Positions 53,764 to 64,000 of a stretch of DNA of 64,000 nt are shown piece after piece (the stretch's first letter is position 1; each line of letters opens with the position of its first letter). The DNA lies in the NCBI GenBank assembly GCA_951406725.2, contig OX597824.1, forward strand, positions 12,276,001 through 12,340,000, read 5' to 3'. The notes under the pieces were generated by a model that searched no databases, was not told the DNA's origin, and was given only the letters and a program-made list of their open reading frames with translations. Source of the stretch: Octopus vulgaris (Eukaryota). The translations under genes and the position numbers were made by a program.

Positions 53764-54159
53764 CTTCGGTCTCTTCCATTCGATGGTACGTCTTTGTCCA
53801 CCTTCCAAGAAAAGGGAAGAATTATCGGCTGGAAATTCCGGATCTTCAAACAGAATACCTTCTTCTTGGCATTTTTTGACTATCTCGTCATAGTTCTGTT
53901 GTTCCATACTGGCAAAGGGGTTTTCTCTTTGCTTCCTGGACGACCTTCCAATTACGCTGTTATGTCCACCACCTTTCCCAGGTAATCGGATACTAATTCC
54001 TTCGCCGCCCTTTTGGCCAGGTAGTTGTATAGGTATCTTAAAACCCCCCAGGCCAGAGTCACCAAAGTCAATATTAAACTGTCCACCGCCCATGTTGAAT
54101 ATACTGGAGCCACCACCATCACCCCCGCTGAACATTTTAGTAAAACTTTGAGAAAACAT
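53764..54159 (-). CDS. First coding exon of a classical calpain (Ca2+-dependent cysteine protease, calpain-A/B-like): N-terminal extension plus start of the CysPc domain
   Basis: 132 codons from aaatATG: MFSQSFTKMFSGGDGGG...ENPFASMEQQNYDEIVKKCQEEGILFEDPEFPADNSSLFLEGGQRRTIEWKRPK. QNYxxIxxxCxxxGxLFEDPEFPA and IxWKRP are hallmark calpain motifs. The exon ends AAG|GTAGGC in phase 0, where animal calpains usually have an intron after WKRPx. The ORF tail VGIDEFSFF is intronic. Confidence 0.93.
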
Positions 54160-54420
54160 ATTTGAAAAAATGCAAGAAGAAGGCTAATAGAAAAAAGCTA
54201 GTACTCCGAACAAGACTGGAGTAAAAATGAGTCGGTGGTGGTGCTACTGTTGATATATTTTAGTTTAGTGGTGTATAGTTGCTAGCTTATGACTGATTGG
54301 TCGACAACAGCCCGAGACAGACAGACACACTGACACACAGCGGTTTTTACTTAGATGTGTATATGGCTTTCCTTCTAGCAAAAGCAGTCATGTGAAATTA
54401 GGAGTGTTAAAGCAATAAAT
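54160..54420 (-). promoter_or_regulatory. Putative calpain 5' UTR / proximal promoter
   Basis: Unique CpG-retaining sequence upstream of the ATG with gaCCAATcag (~54293-54302) and TCAGT Inr-like motifs. Pyrimidine-rich AG sites just upstream of the ATG mean a further non-coding exon cannot be excluded. Confidence 0.35.
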
Positions 54421-54424
54421 AATA

Positions 54425-54910
54425 GTAATGCTGAGAGGGAGGGATCGAGAGAAGGTGAGAGAGAGAAAGGATGAAAGACAAACTAAATAGGTAGAGAGAG
54501 AGAAAGAGAGAGGAGTACAAAGGAATGACAGAGAGAGGGAGAGAGAAATAGAGAGACAGTGTTTCGTAATGCTGAGAGGGAGAAAGGGTGAGAGAGAAAG
54601 GATGAAAGACAAACTAAATAGGTAGGGAGCGAGAAAGTAGAAGGAGTACTAAGGAATGACAGAGAGAGAGAGAGAGAAATAGAGAGACAGTGTTTCGTAA
54701 TGCTGAGAGAGAGAAAGGGTGAGAGAGAAAGAATGAAAGACAAACTAAATAGATAGAGAGCGAGTAAGAGGAGTACTAAGGAATGACAGTGAGAGAGAGA
54801 GAGAAATAGAGAGACAGTGTTTCAGAGAGAGAGAGAAATAGAGAGACAGTGTTTCAGAGAGAGAGAGAGAAATAGAGAGACAGTGTTTCAGAGAGAGAGA
54901 GAGAGAGAGG
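54425..54910. repeat. GA-rich tandem repeat: three ~126-141 bp units then ~30-bp units
   Basis: Unit gtaatgctgagag...gaaagacaaactaaatag...gaatgacag...gaaatagagagacagtgtttc starts at ~54425, 54566 and 54697. It is followed by repeats of (ga)n-aatagagagacagtgtttc. Confidence 0.85.
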
Positions 54911-55287
54911 GAGATAGACACGGTGACTGAAAGAAAGGCAGAGGTAGACACGGTGCCTGTGAAAGAGAGAAAGACAGAGAGATAGAGAGAGAGAGTGACG
55001 GCGTTTGTGAGAGAAAGACACATACTAGAAAGGAAAAGAGAGAGGTAGAGAATGTATGTGTGTGTGTGTGTATGTGTATGTATGTATATGTGTGTGTTTA
55101 TGAGTTTGTTAAAATGAAAACAGAATCACATCGTGTGTAGAAGCGATACAAGTCAATAGAAGAACCAGCGAAGCAGTCGCTACGTGATCGCACATTTAGC
55201 AAGAAATAGCAATCGAATTTTCTTTAAATTACACCTTATAAACTTATAAAAAAAGTAATCGAATTATTATTATTATTATTATTATTA

Positions 55288-55320
<33 letters not shown>

Positions 55321-55529
55321 GCATGCCGGGCGAAATGCGTAGCCGTATTTCGTCTGCCGTTACGTTCTGAGTTCAAATTCCGCCGAGGTCGACTTTGCCT
55401 TTCATCCTTTCGGGGGTCGATAAATTAAGTACCAGTTACGCATTGAGGTCGATGTAATCGACTTAATCCGTTTGTCTGTCTTTGTTTGTCCCCTCTATGT
55501 TTAGCCCCTTGTGGGCAATAAAAAACAAA

Positions 55530-55599
<70 letters not shown>

Positions 55600-55801
55600 G
55601 GCACTGAGCTGACAGAATCGGTAGATTAGCTTAGCGGTATATCGCCCGTCGCTACGTTTTGAGTTGAAATTCCGGCGAGGTCGACTTTACCTTTCATCCT
55701 TTCGGGGTCGATAAATTAAGTACCAGTCAAGTATTGGAGTCGATGTGATCGACTTTCGCCCCTCCCCCAAAATTTCAAGCCTTGTGCCTATAGTAGAAAG
55801 G

Positions 55802-55854
<53 letters not shown>

Positions 55855-55867
55855 CATTATTATTATT

Positions 55868-56362
55868 GAGTGAGAGAGCAGTTCATGCCATCAAAGTGAC
55901 ACTGGGGTAAAATATACGAAGCCCAGTATACCCATCATGACTACCCGTCTGATAAGGGCACACCAGGCACATGCATCACAACCATATGTGCGCGACATGG
56001 TGATCTCATATCAAGATAAGCAGCACATGACCTTGCAGGTGGGGGCCCAGTTAGAATTTTCTTCAGGTTGAGTAGCCCATCCCGCTCAAACGGTCCCTGA
56101 ATAAGGGTTGTTTAAGGATGTTGAAAAAACCACCCATGTCTCCAGAGGTGAATTATTCAAACCCTAAAGAATCCCTCTCAACACATGGCTATGATGCTCC
56201 CCCACTACTTCTGCTCGTGATCAGAGATGCACATATCGTCAGCCACTAAGAGACATGCTCAACTGGTTAAGGTCAAACAACTGACAAGCAAATCTGTGGT
56301 ATTGAGCAGAATATTTGCTGTAGCCCATCTTTTATACCAAGACAAAACAATGTACATGATAA
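55868..56362 (-). mobile_element. Family F: (TAA)n-associated non-coding retroelement end (probable Dong-type 3' UTR)
   Basis: Closely similar copies at 56701-57215, 33606-34065 (opposite strand) and 63520-63765. All lie in or next to (TAA)n arrays. Confidence 0.7.
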
Positions 56363-56363
56363 C

Positions 56364-56420
<57 letters not shown>

Positions 56421-56641
56421 TATTATTAAGGCGGTGAGCTGGCAGAGTCGGTAGCACGCCGGGAAAATGCTTAGCGGTATTTCGTCCGTCCTTATGCTTT
56501 GAGTTCAAATTCCGCTGAAGTCGACTTTGCGTTTTAGCCTTATGGGGTCGACAAAATAAGTACCAATTGAGTACTGAGATCGATGTAATCAACTATCCCC
56601 TTCCCACCAGATTTCAGGCATTGTGTCTATAGTAGAAAGGA

Positions 56642-56700
<59 letters not shown>

Positions 56701-57215
56701 GAGTGGTAGAGCAGTGCATGCCATCAAAGTGATACTGGGGTAAAATATACGAAGCCCAATATACCCATCATGACTACCCGTCTGATAAGGGTACACTAGG
56801 CACATGCATCACAACCATATGTGCGCGACATGATGATCTCATGTCAAAATAAACAGCATATGACCTTGCAGGTGGGGCCCAGTTGGAATTTTCTTCAGGT
56901 CAAGTAGCCCATCAAAAGGTCTCAAAAGGTCCCTGAATAAGGGTTTTTTTAAGGATGTTGAACGAACCACCCATGTTTCCAGAGGTGAATTATTCAAACC
57001 CCAAAGAATCCCTCTCAACACATGGCTATGATGCTCCCCCACTACTTCTGCTCGTCATCAAAGATGCACATATCGTCAGCCATTAAGGGACATGCTCAAC
57101 TGGTTAAGGTCAAACAACTGACAAGCAAATCTGTGGTATTGAGCAGAATATTTGCTGTAGCCCATCTTTTATACCAAGACAAAATAATGTACATGATAAC
57201 ACTTCCAATCAGTTA
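56701..57215 (-). mobile_element. Family F copy
   Basis: Aligns along its length with 55868-56362. Confidence 0.7.
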
Positions 57216-57257
57216 AGATCTGAGAGTGAGAGAGCAGTGCATGTCATCAAAGCGACA

Positions 57258-57317
<60 letters not shown>

Positions 57318-57319
<2 letters not shown>

Positions 57320-57621
57320 GTTTGACTTTTGCTTTACATTTGTACAAGTTGGCTCCAAGTCTCACCCAGAGACCTCAAGAGACAAGTTGGAAGTTCATGT
57401 TGATGTTATGCCTCGGGTGCCATATATTTGGTTTTGTACTTAGTGTTGTACTAGTGAATGTTTAAGAAACCATAAGAAAATTATGTTTCTTTTAAAACTT
57501 GAGATTACATAGAAAATATTTTGTGTAGGATATGAGTAGTTCCCATGAGCACTATCTTTTGAATTTCTGCCATTTTGGGGTTTCCTGGTATCTGAGTTAG
57601 GTAAGAACCAACCCCTTTTGC

Positions 57622-57624
<3 letters not shown>
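57318..57624 (-). mobile_element. R4/Dong 3' end
   Basis: IAKGVGSYLTQIPGNPKMAEIQKIVLMGTTHILHKIFSM* plus 3' UTR, embedded in (TAA)n. Confidence 0.8.
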
Positions 57625-57652
<28 letters not shown>

Positions 57653-57655
<3 letters not shown>

Positions 57656-57865
57656 TAGTTTTATTTTTATAGCGTGCTTTCACTTCACTACCGAGCGCAG
57701 CTCTGTGTGCCTTGGGTATGTGCTGTGATTTGTTGTGATGCTCTGATGGTTATTGTATGGAAAGTGTTCTGCGTAGGATGTGTGCAGTGCCTAGTAGTGC
57801 AATTTTCTGTATGTTATATGTGTTTGTAAGTCCTGGTGTTTTTGTTATGTATTTGTCTGAATATT
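57653..57865 (-). mobile_element. R4/Dong 3' end, different subfamily
   Basis: SDKYITKTPGLTNTYNIQKIALLGTAHILRRTLSIQ* plus a different 3' UTR, in (TAA)n. Confidence 0.8.
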
Positions 57866-57882
57866 GTTTTTTATTATTAATA

Positions 57883-57927
<45 letters not shown>

Positions 57928-58045
57928 TTTTTTTTTTCTTCTTTCAAATTTGCTTCCATTTCTTGCCGAGTGTCTTCCCAACTCCTAGGGCAAAGAAACT
58001 CATAGTATACATTGGTAGGCCAATAAACCAAACTCAGTAGTTCGT
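57928..58045 (-). mobile_element. R4/Dong 3' UTR remnant
   Basis: Similar to 62705-62790 (ttcaaattt..ttcc.tttct.gccg.gtgt.ttccc...cctaggg..aga.a.ctcat). Sits in (TAA)n. Confidence 0.6.
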
Positions 58046-58097
58046 TAATTTTTATTTTTAAAAATTTTTATTATTATTATCATTATTATTAATATTA

Positions 58098-58180
<83 letters not shown>

Positions 58181-58548
58181 GTAAGGGTGCGTGGCCTATT
58201 GGTTAAGGTGTTGCACTCACGATCCCGAGATCGTGATTTCAATTCCTAGACCGGGTGGTGCGTTGTGTTCTTGAAGAAAACATTCCGTCTCACGTTACTT
58301 TGCGATCACTCCGACACCTGACGCGTGGCACACTGTGCACCTGTTCAGACAACGTCGATTTGATGCACAAAGTGAGCTGATAACCTATGGCACGAACATT
58401 TGATCGCTATAAACAAATCATTTGTGCTGGTCGTTCGGCAACATTCTCAGTACAATATGTATTCATGAAAAATATTGGAACAGAAATACGTGAAGGATTA
58501 AATAAGGATCATAATGTCGTAACAAATTACGTTCTTACCACAAAAAAG

Positions 58549-58984
58549 GGATCTTTTCGGTTTGAACGGCAGTTTTTTAACATAATTTCTAGGTAACTAA
58601 ACACTTTTAAACTTCGTATACTGGTAGAATGTGTTTATAAAACATCTTTTTCTCTCGGCTTTATTGAGAAAATTCTATAGTTTGTAAGATATTTGTTGTT
58701 TTTTTTTCTTCAATTTCTGCAATTTCAACCAATCATTGACGTCTATTGAGGTAAAAAAAAATTCTGTGCCGTATGAATATGTCCCTCGTTTAAGAAACAG
58801 ATTGGGTTTATTTACATTTCTGAAGAAAAAAAAGATACCCTTCCCCCCACCCCTAATCCTAACCTTAACTAACCCTAATCCTAAAACAGATTGAAATGCA
58901 ATAGATCGATACTAGGGTCATAATTATGGGTGACAATTTCATATGACACCGCTAGAAAAACTGCCGTTCAAACCGAAAAGATCC
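58549..58984. mobile_element. MITE with perfect 29-bp TIRs and 8-bp TSD (GG termini; Merlin/MULE/hAT-like, unassigned)
   Basis: GGATCTTTTCGGTTTGAACGGCAGTTTTT and its exact reverse complement at the ends. TSD CAAAAAAG at 58541-58548 and 58985-58992. Confidence 0.9.
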
Positions 58985-59259
58985 CAAAAAAGATATTGGT
59001 TACTGTATGAGGGGTGGAGGTGGATTGAGAGTTGCTGAATGGATGAGGGTCACCATCCTTTATCTTATCATCATCAGCAGCATGTGCTTCAGGGGCGAAG
59101 AACTAATCCAAAGATGTTCGATGTTTATGATGCGTTATGTATTTGTACAGCTCGGTGTAGTAACCGAATTCACTGTAAACCCCTCTTGAAATTTTTATGT
59201 TGCATTCTTGGCTGTGCCAAACTCAGAAACAGTTATAACATTAAAATTTTTATTATTTA

Positions 59260-59644
59260 CTAGCAGTATCGCCCGGCGTTGCTCGGGTTTGTAAGGGAAA
59301 TAACTATATAAGCATTTTTACAGAGTTATAGCCAAAGAATAGCAAAAAATTGCATTAAAAATGGAAAAAAAATTATGGTAATTTTTTTTTTAAATCGTTG
59401 ACTCATCGTAGACATTTTTAGAGAGTTACTTCCCTTATATAATCGCGAAAAATGCATTAAAATGGAAAAAAAATGATGGTAAATTTTTTTAAATCGTAGA
59501 CGCGCGCTAATACCCAGAAGGGCTCGATATGAATCACGACTATAAGATACCCGCTTATGGTTAAACTGCACCGCAAAATGTGGGAGTAGTTAGGAATCTA
59601 AATCGTAGGAGACAGACACACAACTTCTCTTTTATATATAAAGA
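59260..59644 (-). mobile_element. Non-autonomous Helitron
   Basis: Minus strand reads A|TCtttatatataaaag...cccgagcaacgccgggcgatactgCTAG|T: 5' TC, 3' hairpin plus CTAG, insertion between A and T, no TSD. Confidence 0.85.
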
Positions 59645-60057
59645 TTTCATCATTTATCGTTTATTGCTCCTGGCATGGTTGGACAGTTTCATAGGATTCG
59701 ACGGGTACAAGAACCAGGAAGTTCATTAAAATCCACCGTTGGCACGGTTTCTACGGTTGGATGCCCTTCCTAACGCCAACCGCTTTACAAAATGTACTGG
59801 GTGCTGTTTATGTTGCACCAGCATTAGTTCGGACGACATGCAGCTTGCAAGATTAGAACCCCCAAGCTCGGTTTTTTATGTCAGGAGCAGAGGAGTTAAG
59901 GGACCAGAGAAGAACAGGTTTCTTGTGTACAGGGGCCGCATAGCTACTCATATTTTAGAGGAGAGGGTGGGGTGGAGCACGGGGTAGGGTATGAAAGAAA
60001 TAAAAATATCGGTGACGAGTTACAAATGTGGACACTGAAGGTACGAAGTGAGTAGAA

Positions 60058-60292
60058 CTCTTTACTCTTTTTTACTCTTTTTATTTGTTTCAGTCATTTG
60101 AATGTGGCCATGCTGGAGCACCGCCTTTAGTCGAGCAAATTGGCTCCAGGACTTATTCTTTGTAAACCTAGTACTTATTCTATCGGTCTCTTTTGCCGAA
60201 CCGCTAAGTTACGGGGACGTAAACACACCATCGGTTGTCAAGCAATGTTGGAAGTGAACAAACACAGACACACAAACATACATACATACATA

Positions 60293-60332
<40 letters not shown>

Positions 60333-60501
60333 TATATACGACGGGCTTCTTTCAGTTTCCGTCTGCCAAATCCACTCACAAGGCTTTGGTCGGCTCGAGG
60401 CTATAGTAGAAGACACTTGCCGAAGGTGCCACGCAGTGGGACTGAACCCGGAACCATGTGGTTGGTAAGCAAGCCACTTACCACACAGCCTCTCCTACGC
60501 C
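60058..60501 (-). mobile_element. SINE family B
   Basis: Reverse-complement full copy with CpGs largely intact. Confidence 0.85.
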
Positions 60502-61164
60502 ACGAATTTACTTACTTACCTTTGTTCCTCCCTTTCGTGTTGAGTTCACAGACGTTGTATTCATGTCGACTGACTTTAATTTCATGATATCAGTCGGTCA
60601 TCATTAGTCGTTCTGAGTTTACATTAGCTTTGCTTGTTTACAACTTTGTAGACATCGATATCATCATTTCACCTGTTTTCTTCTCTCTTTCCTTTCCTTT
60701 TATATATATTCATTTATTTAATTTAGTTGTTTTTTTTATTTTATTTAAGACCACCTCCCTTTTTCTGATCGCTGTGTATAAAATGTAAGGAAAATAACAT
60801 TTTCTTTACATTTTATTCACAAGGAAAAATCAGAACATTTTTTCTATTATGGCCTGTCTCAAGAATTTGGTTTCAGCTGCATAGACTAATTATAAGCGTA
60901 TAAAGAACGAAGGAAAATGCAGGAGGGTAGGTGTGTAAATGATAAACAAACAAAAAGACTTGCTTAGCGGCATTTTGTCCGTCTTTACGTTCTGTGTTTA
61001 AGTTCCGCCGAGGTCGACTTTGCTTTCATTCCTTCAGGGATCGATAAAATGAGTACCAGTTGAGTACTAGGGGTAAGTCGTTTAAACAGCTTACCCCTCA
61101 CCCCGAAATTGCTGAGTTTATGTTAAAATTTGAAACCAGCCTTGATAAATTTCAAACCAACGAT

Positions 61165-61525
61165 CTTAGGGTCTACTGATACTATTATTCTCGCCCACAA
61201 CATCATAAGCGGAAAGTGTAACCTCTCGAAAGAGCTGTTCTTCACTCCTGCTCCAGAGCGTCAGCTGCGGGGTCATTCCGAAAAGCTCTACCTGCGACGA
61301 TTTCATCTCAATCGAAGGAGAGGGGCTTTCTCCTTCCAGGTTGCGGATCCGTGGAACAAGCTGCCAGACGAGATGGTGAAGATGCTGACGACTGCTCGGT
61401 TCAAAGCCTCCCTTGACCTCAAGTGGCCTGAACTCTTTACATGAACACCACCCTGTACTTAACTCCATGTCCCCCTACATGGCCTTGCTATTTGCTTTTG
61501 AGCCAAATTAACTAACTAACTAACT
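61165..61525 (+). mobile_element. 5'-truncated CR1/L2-clade LINE, second family
   Basis: LAHNIISGKCNLSKELFFTPAPERQLRGHSEKLYLRRFHLNRRRGAFSFQVADPWNKLP...FKASLD, a short 3' UTR and a (CTAA)n tail. Confidence 0.85.
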
Positions 61526-62670
61526 ATAATAAGAGTAGGAGAATCTTATAAATGTGAATAAATGTAATTACATACTTATGGATACACACAAGTATATATT
61601 CATACACATATATGCACGCGCATATATACACACACGAACTAATACATGCGTACGCACATGCATCAATATACGCAAATATATATACGTGTGTGTGTGTATA
61701 CATATATGTATGTGTATGTATATACACACACATATTTGCACAAATGTATATATATATGTATAAAACTAGCTTAAGTGGGGAAGGATAATATTTATTTTGT
61801 GTGTTTGTGTGGTGCATTGTTGCCAAACCATTCGGTCTACGGTTTACACTGTGTATATTGTGGTATGCAGATTGATTCAGTAACTTGTCTAAGTATCGTA
61901 TCATTTAGATTATGTTGATATAATACTCCTGCTGATTCTGTTGACTGAACCATTGTTTTTATTTAGTGTAGTATTTATTTATTTAGTTTCAATATTCTCT
62001 GTGTCATTTGCTTGTAAAACGAGTAATCTCTTCTCTATCAGTTTCAGGGAGGTAGGCACATGTTTCTTAAAGGGACGGTATAGAGTATTTTCTTACTTTA
62101 CGATTGAAATGTAGGTTGGAAGCAGTCATCTTCACAGAAGTCCATGGCAAAGGGTAAAACTTACGGATAATCGATTTATTAAATCGATTATTTATCTATT
62201 TTTACTATTCTCTCTGACTTTGATTTGAAGGTTAAATTCTTGAGTTTCATTATATTTTGCTGTTTCTTGGGAGAATCATTACGCCAATAACAACGCTCAC
62301 AGGTTCAATTCTCATTTTTATTGTTTGCTATTTCGTTAAATATCTAACCAACTAATTAATCAATCGTTTGTTTAATGTTTTAGTTATACAATCAGTTGAT
62401 TAGTCAAAGTTCTTTCGGCGCCATTCGCGACCTTTTCAGTGTGTTAGTGACTTCCCCTGTCACTCCAAGGTCTGGTCTGAGTCTGTCTGAAAATTGGTCT
62501 TATGCCTGTATATATGCATGCTTGTGTGTGTGTGAAATCTCGCAAACCAAATGCAAAATCTCATTATATTGTTTTAGCCAATTCACAATTATTATATCAT
62601 TATTCACTATTTAGCCAATTCACTATCAAATCTTGTCTCGGATACATTATTATTGTTGTTGTTGTTGTTG

Positions 62671-62699
<29 letters not shown>

Positions 62700-62702
<3 letters not shown>

Positions 62703-63350
62703 TTTTCCTTCTTTCTTCAAATTTTCTTCCGTTTCTCGCCGTGTGTTTCCCGTACACCTAGGGTAGAGAAGCTCATTGTACGCATTCACAGATTGCACAC
62801 GCAAATTCCCAGGTAAAATATGTATTTAAAAAATTTATAAACAAATAAATTCATGAATGGATGTTGTTTTCACTGCGATAATGCTCTTCTCAGTACATGA
62901 GCCGTTCCAGTTAACACGATTTTTTGTACTTCCTGTAGGGATGGTAAGCCCGGTATAATTTTCAAATAGGTTTCAGTACCTTTTTTTATCATTCCTAGAG
63001 ATCTTACAATCACTGTGCCAGCATGCTACATTCATTTACTGTATCAGTAACGCTTTCTTCTTTTGATTTGTATAACCTACATTGGGAACCTACTTGGTTT
63101 CTGTCCATCTTGGCTTTTATCCCATTAGTCTTTAATGCTTGATCTTGTGCAGCTCCTAACAAACTTTCTGCCTCCCTTTTCGGCTTTCCTTTCTGCAACC
63201 ATAGGTATGTCTCACTACTACTATTTGCCGAAACTATTTTTGAGAATCCACCTTGCAACACCTTCTCCTGCCAGTCAGATAATTTCTGTTCTTTTTAAAG
63301 TTCGTTTGGGTTTTTGGTTTCCCTATGTCTTGCAGTGATTCTAGCAGCTT
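62700..63350 (-). mobile_element. R4/Dong-clade (RLE) retrotransposon 3' portion with internal deletion, in a (TAA)n context
   Basis: WLQKGKPKREAESLLGAAQDQALKT...CRLYKSKEESVTDTVNECSMLAQ (degenerate zinc knuckle) abuts LGMIKKGTETYLKIIPGLPSLQEVQKIVLTGTAHVLRRALSQ* (62870-63009). Microsatellites flank both sides. Confidence 0.85.
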
Positions 63351-63353
63351 TTA

Positions 63354-63765
<412 letters not shown>

Positions 63766-63920
63766 GTTCTTTGCCTCTTTAAACATTTTGGGACTGTCTT
63801 TATGTATGTAGCCTGGTAACTGTAACTGAGAGATAAAACGCTGAATGCATTTTAGTGCTAGCTTTATTCTTCCATTTTAAATAATGTACATAATTCCTCA
63901 TCTCAAAAACATAAAATAGC

Positions 63921-64000
<80 letters not shown>
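63921..64000. repeat. (ATCT)n microsatellite (also ~50872-50985 and ~53260-53345)
   Basis: Visible directly. Confidence 0.95.

Noticed and set aside
62105-62145. Resemblance to the LSU rRNA GTPase-centre motif (gtaggttggaagcagtcatctt), possible NUMT
   Set aside because: Only ~20 nt with mismatches. I could not extend rRNA similarity in either direction.

Overview
AT-rich, repeat-dense animal genomic DNA, most likely octopus (inferred from the tRNA-derived SINE families and the heavy (TA)n/(CA)n/(GA)n/(ATT)n microsatellite load). It is not prokaryotic: there are no operons, CRISPR arrays, rRNA genes or intact tRNA genes. The only convincing host coding sequence is the first coding exon of a classical calpain on the minus strand (54159-53764: Gly-rich N-terminus, then NYDEI..C....LFEDPEFPA....IEWKRP and a phase-0 GT donor). 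I found no exon 2 in 1-53763, so that stretch appears to be one intron of more than 53 kb. The rest is mobile-element debris: at least five SINE families, CR1/L2, RTE and R4/Dong LINE ends, Penelope-like fragments with minimal hammerhead motifs, a deleted mariner nested in a hAT MITE, piggyBac-like and GG-terminated MITEs, and non-autonomous Helitrons. Most ORFs in the supplied track are microsatellite or SINE artefacts. I see no clear new protein-coding system. The best leads are RNA-structural and transposon-related: hammerhead motifs, a perfect 93-bp hairpin, tandem pseudoknot-like SINE units, SINE tails that may seed Dong targets, and a MITE with telomere-like repeats. SINE and LINE boundaries are approximate. 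Family letters A-F are my own labels.
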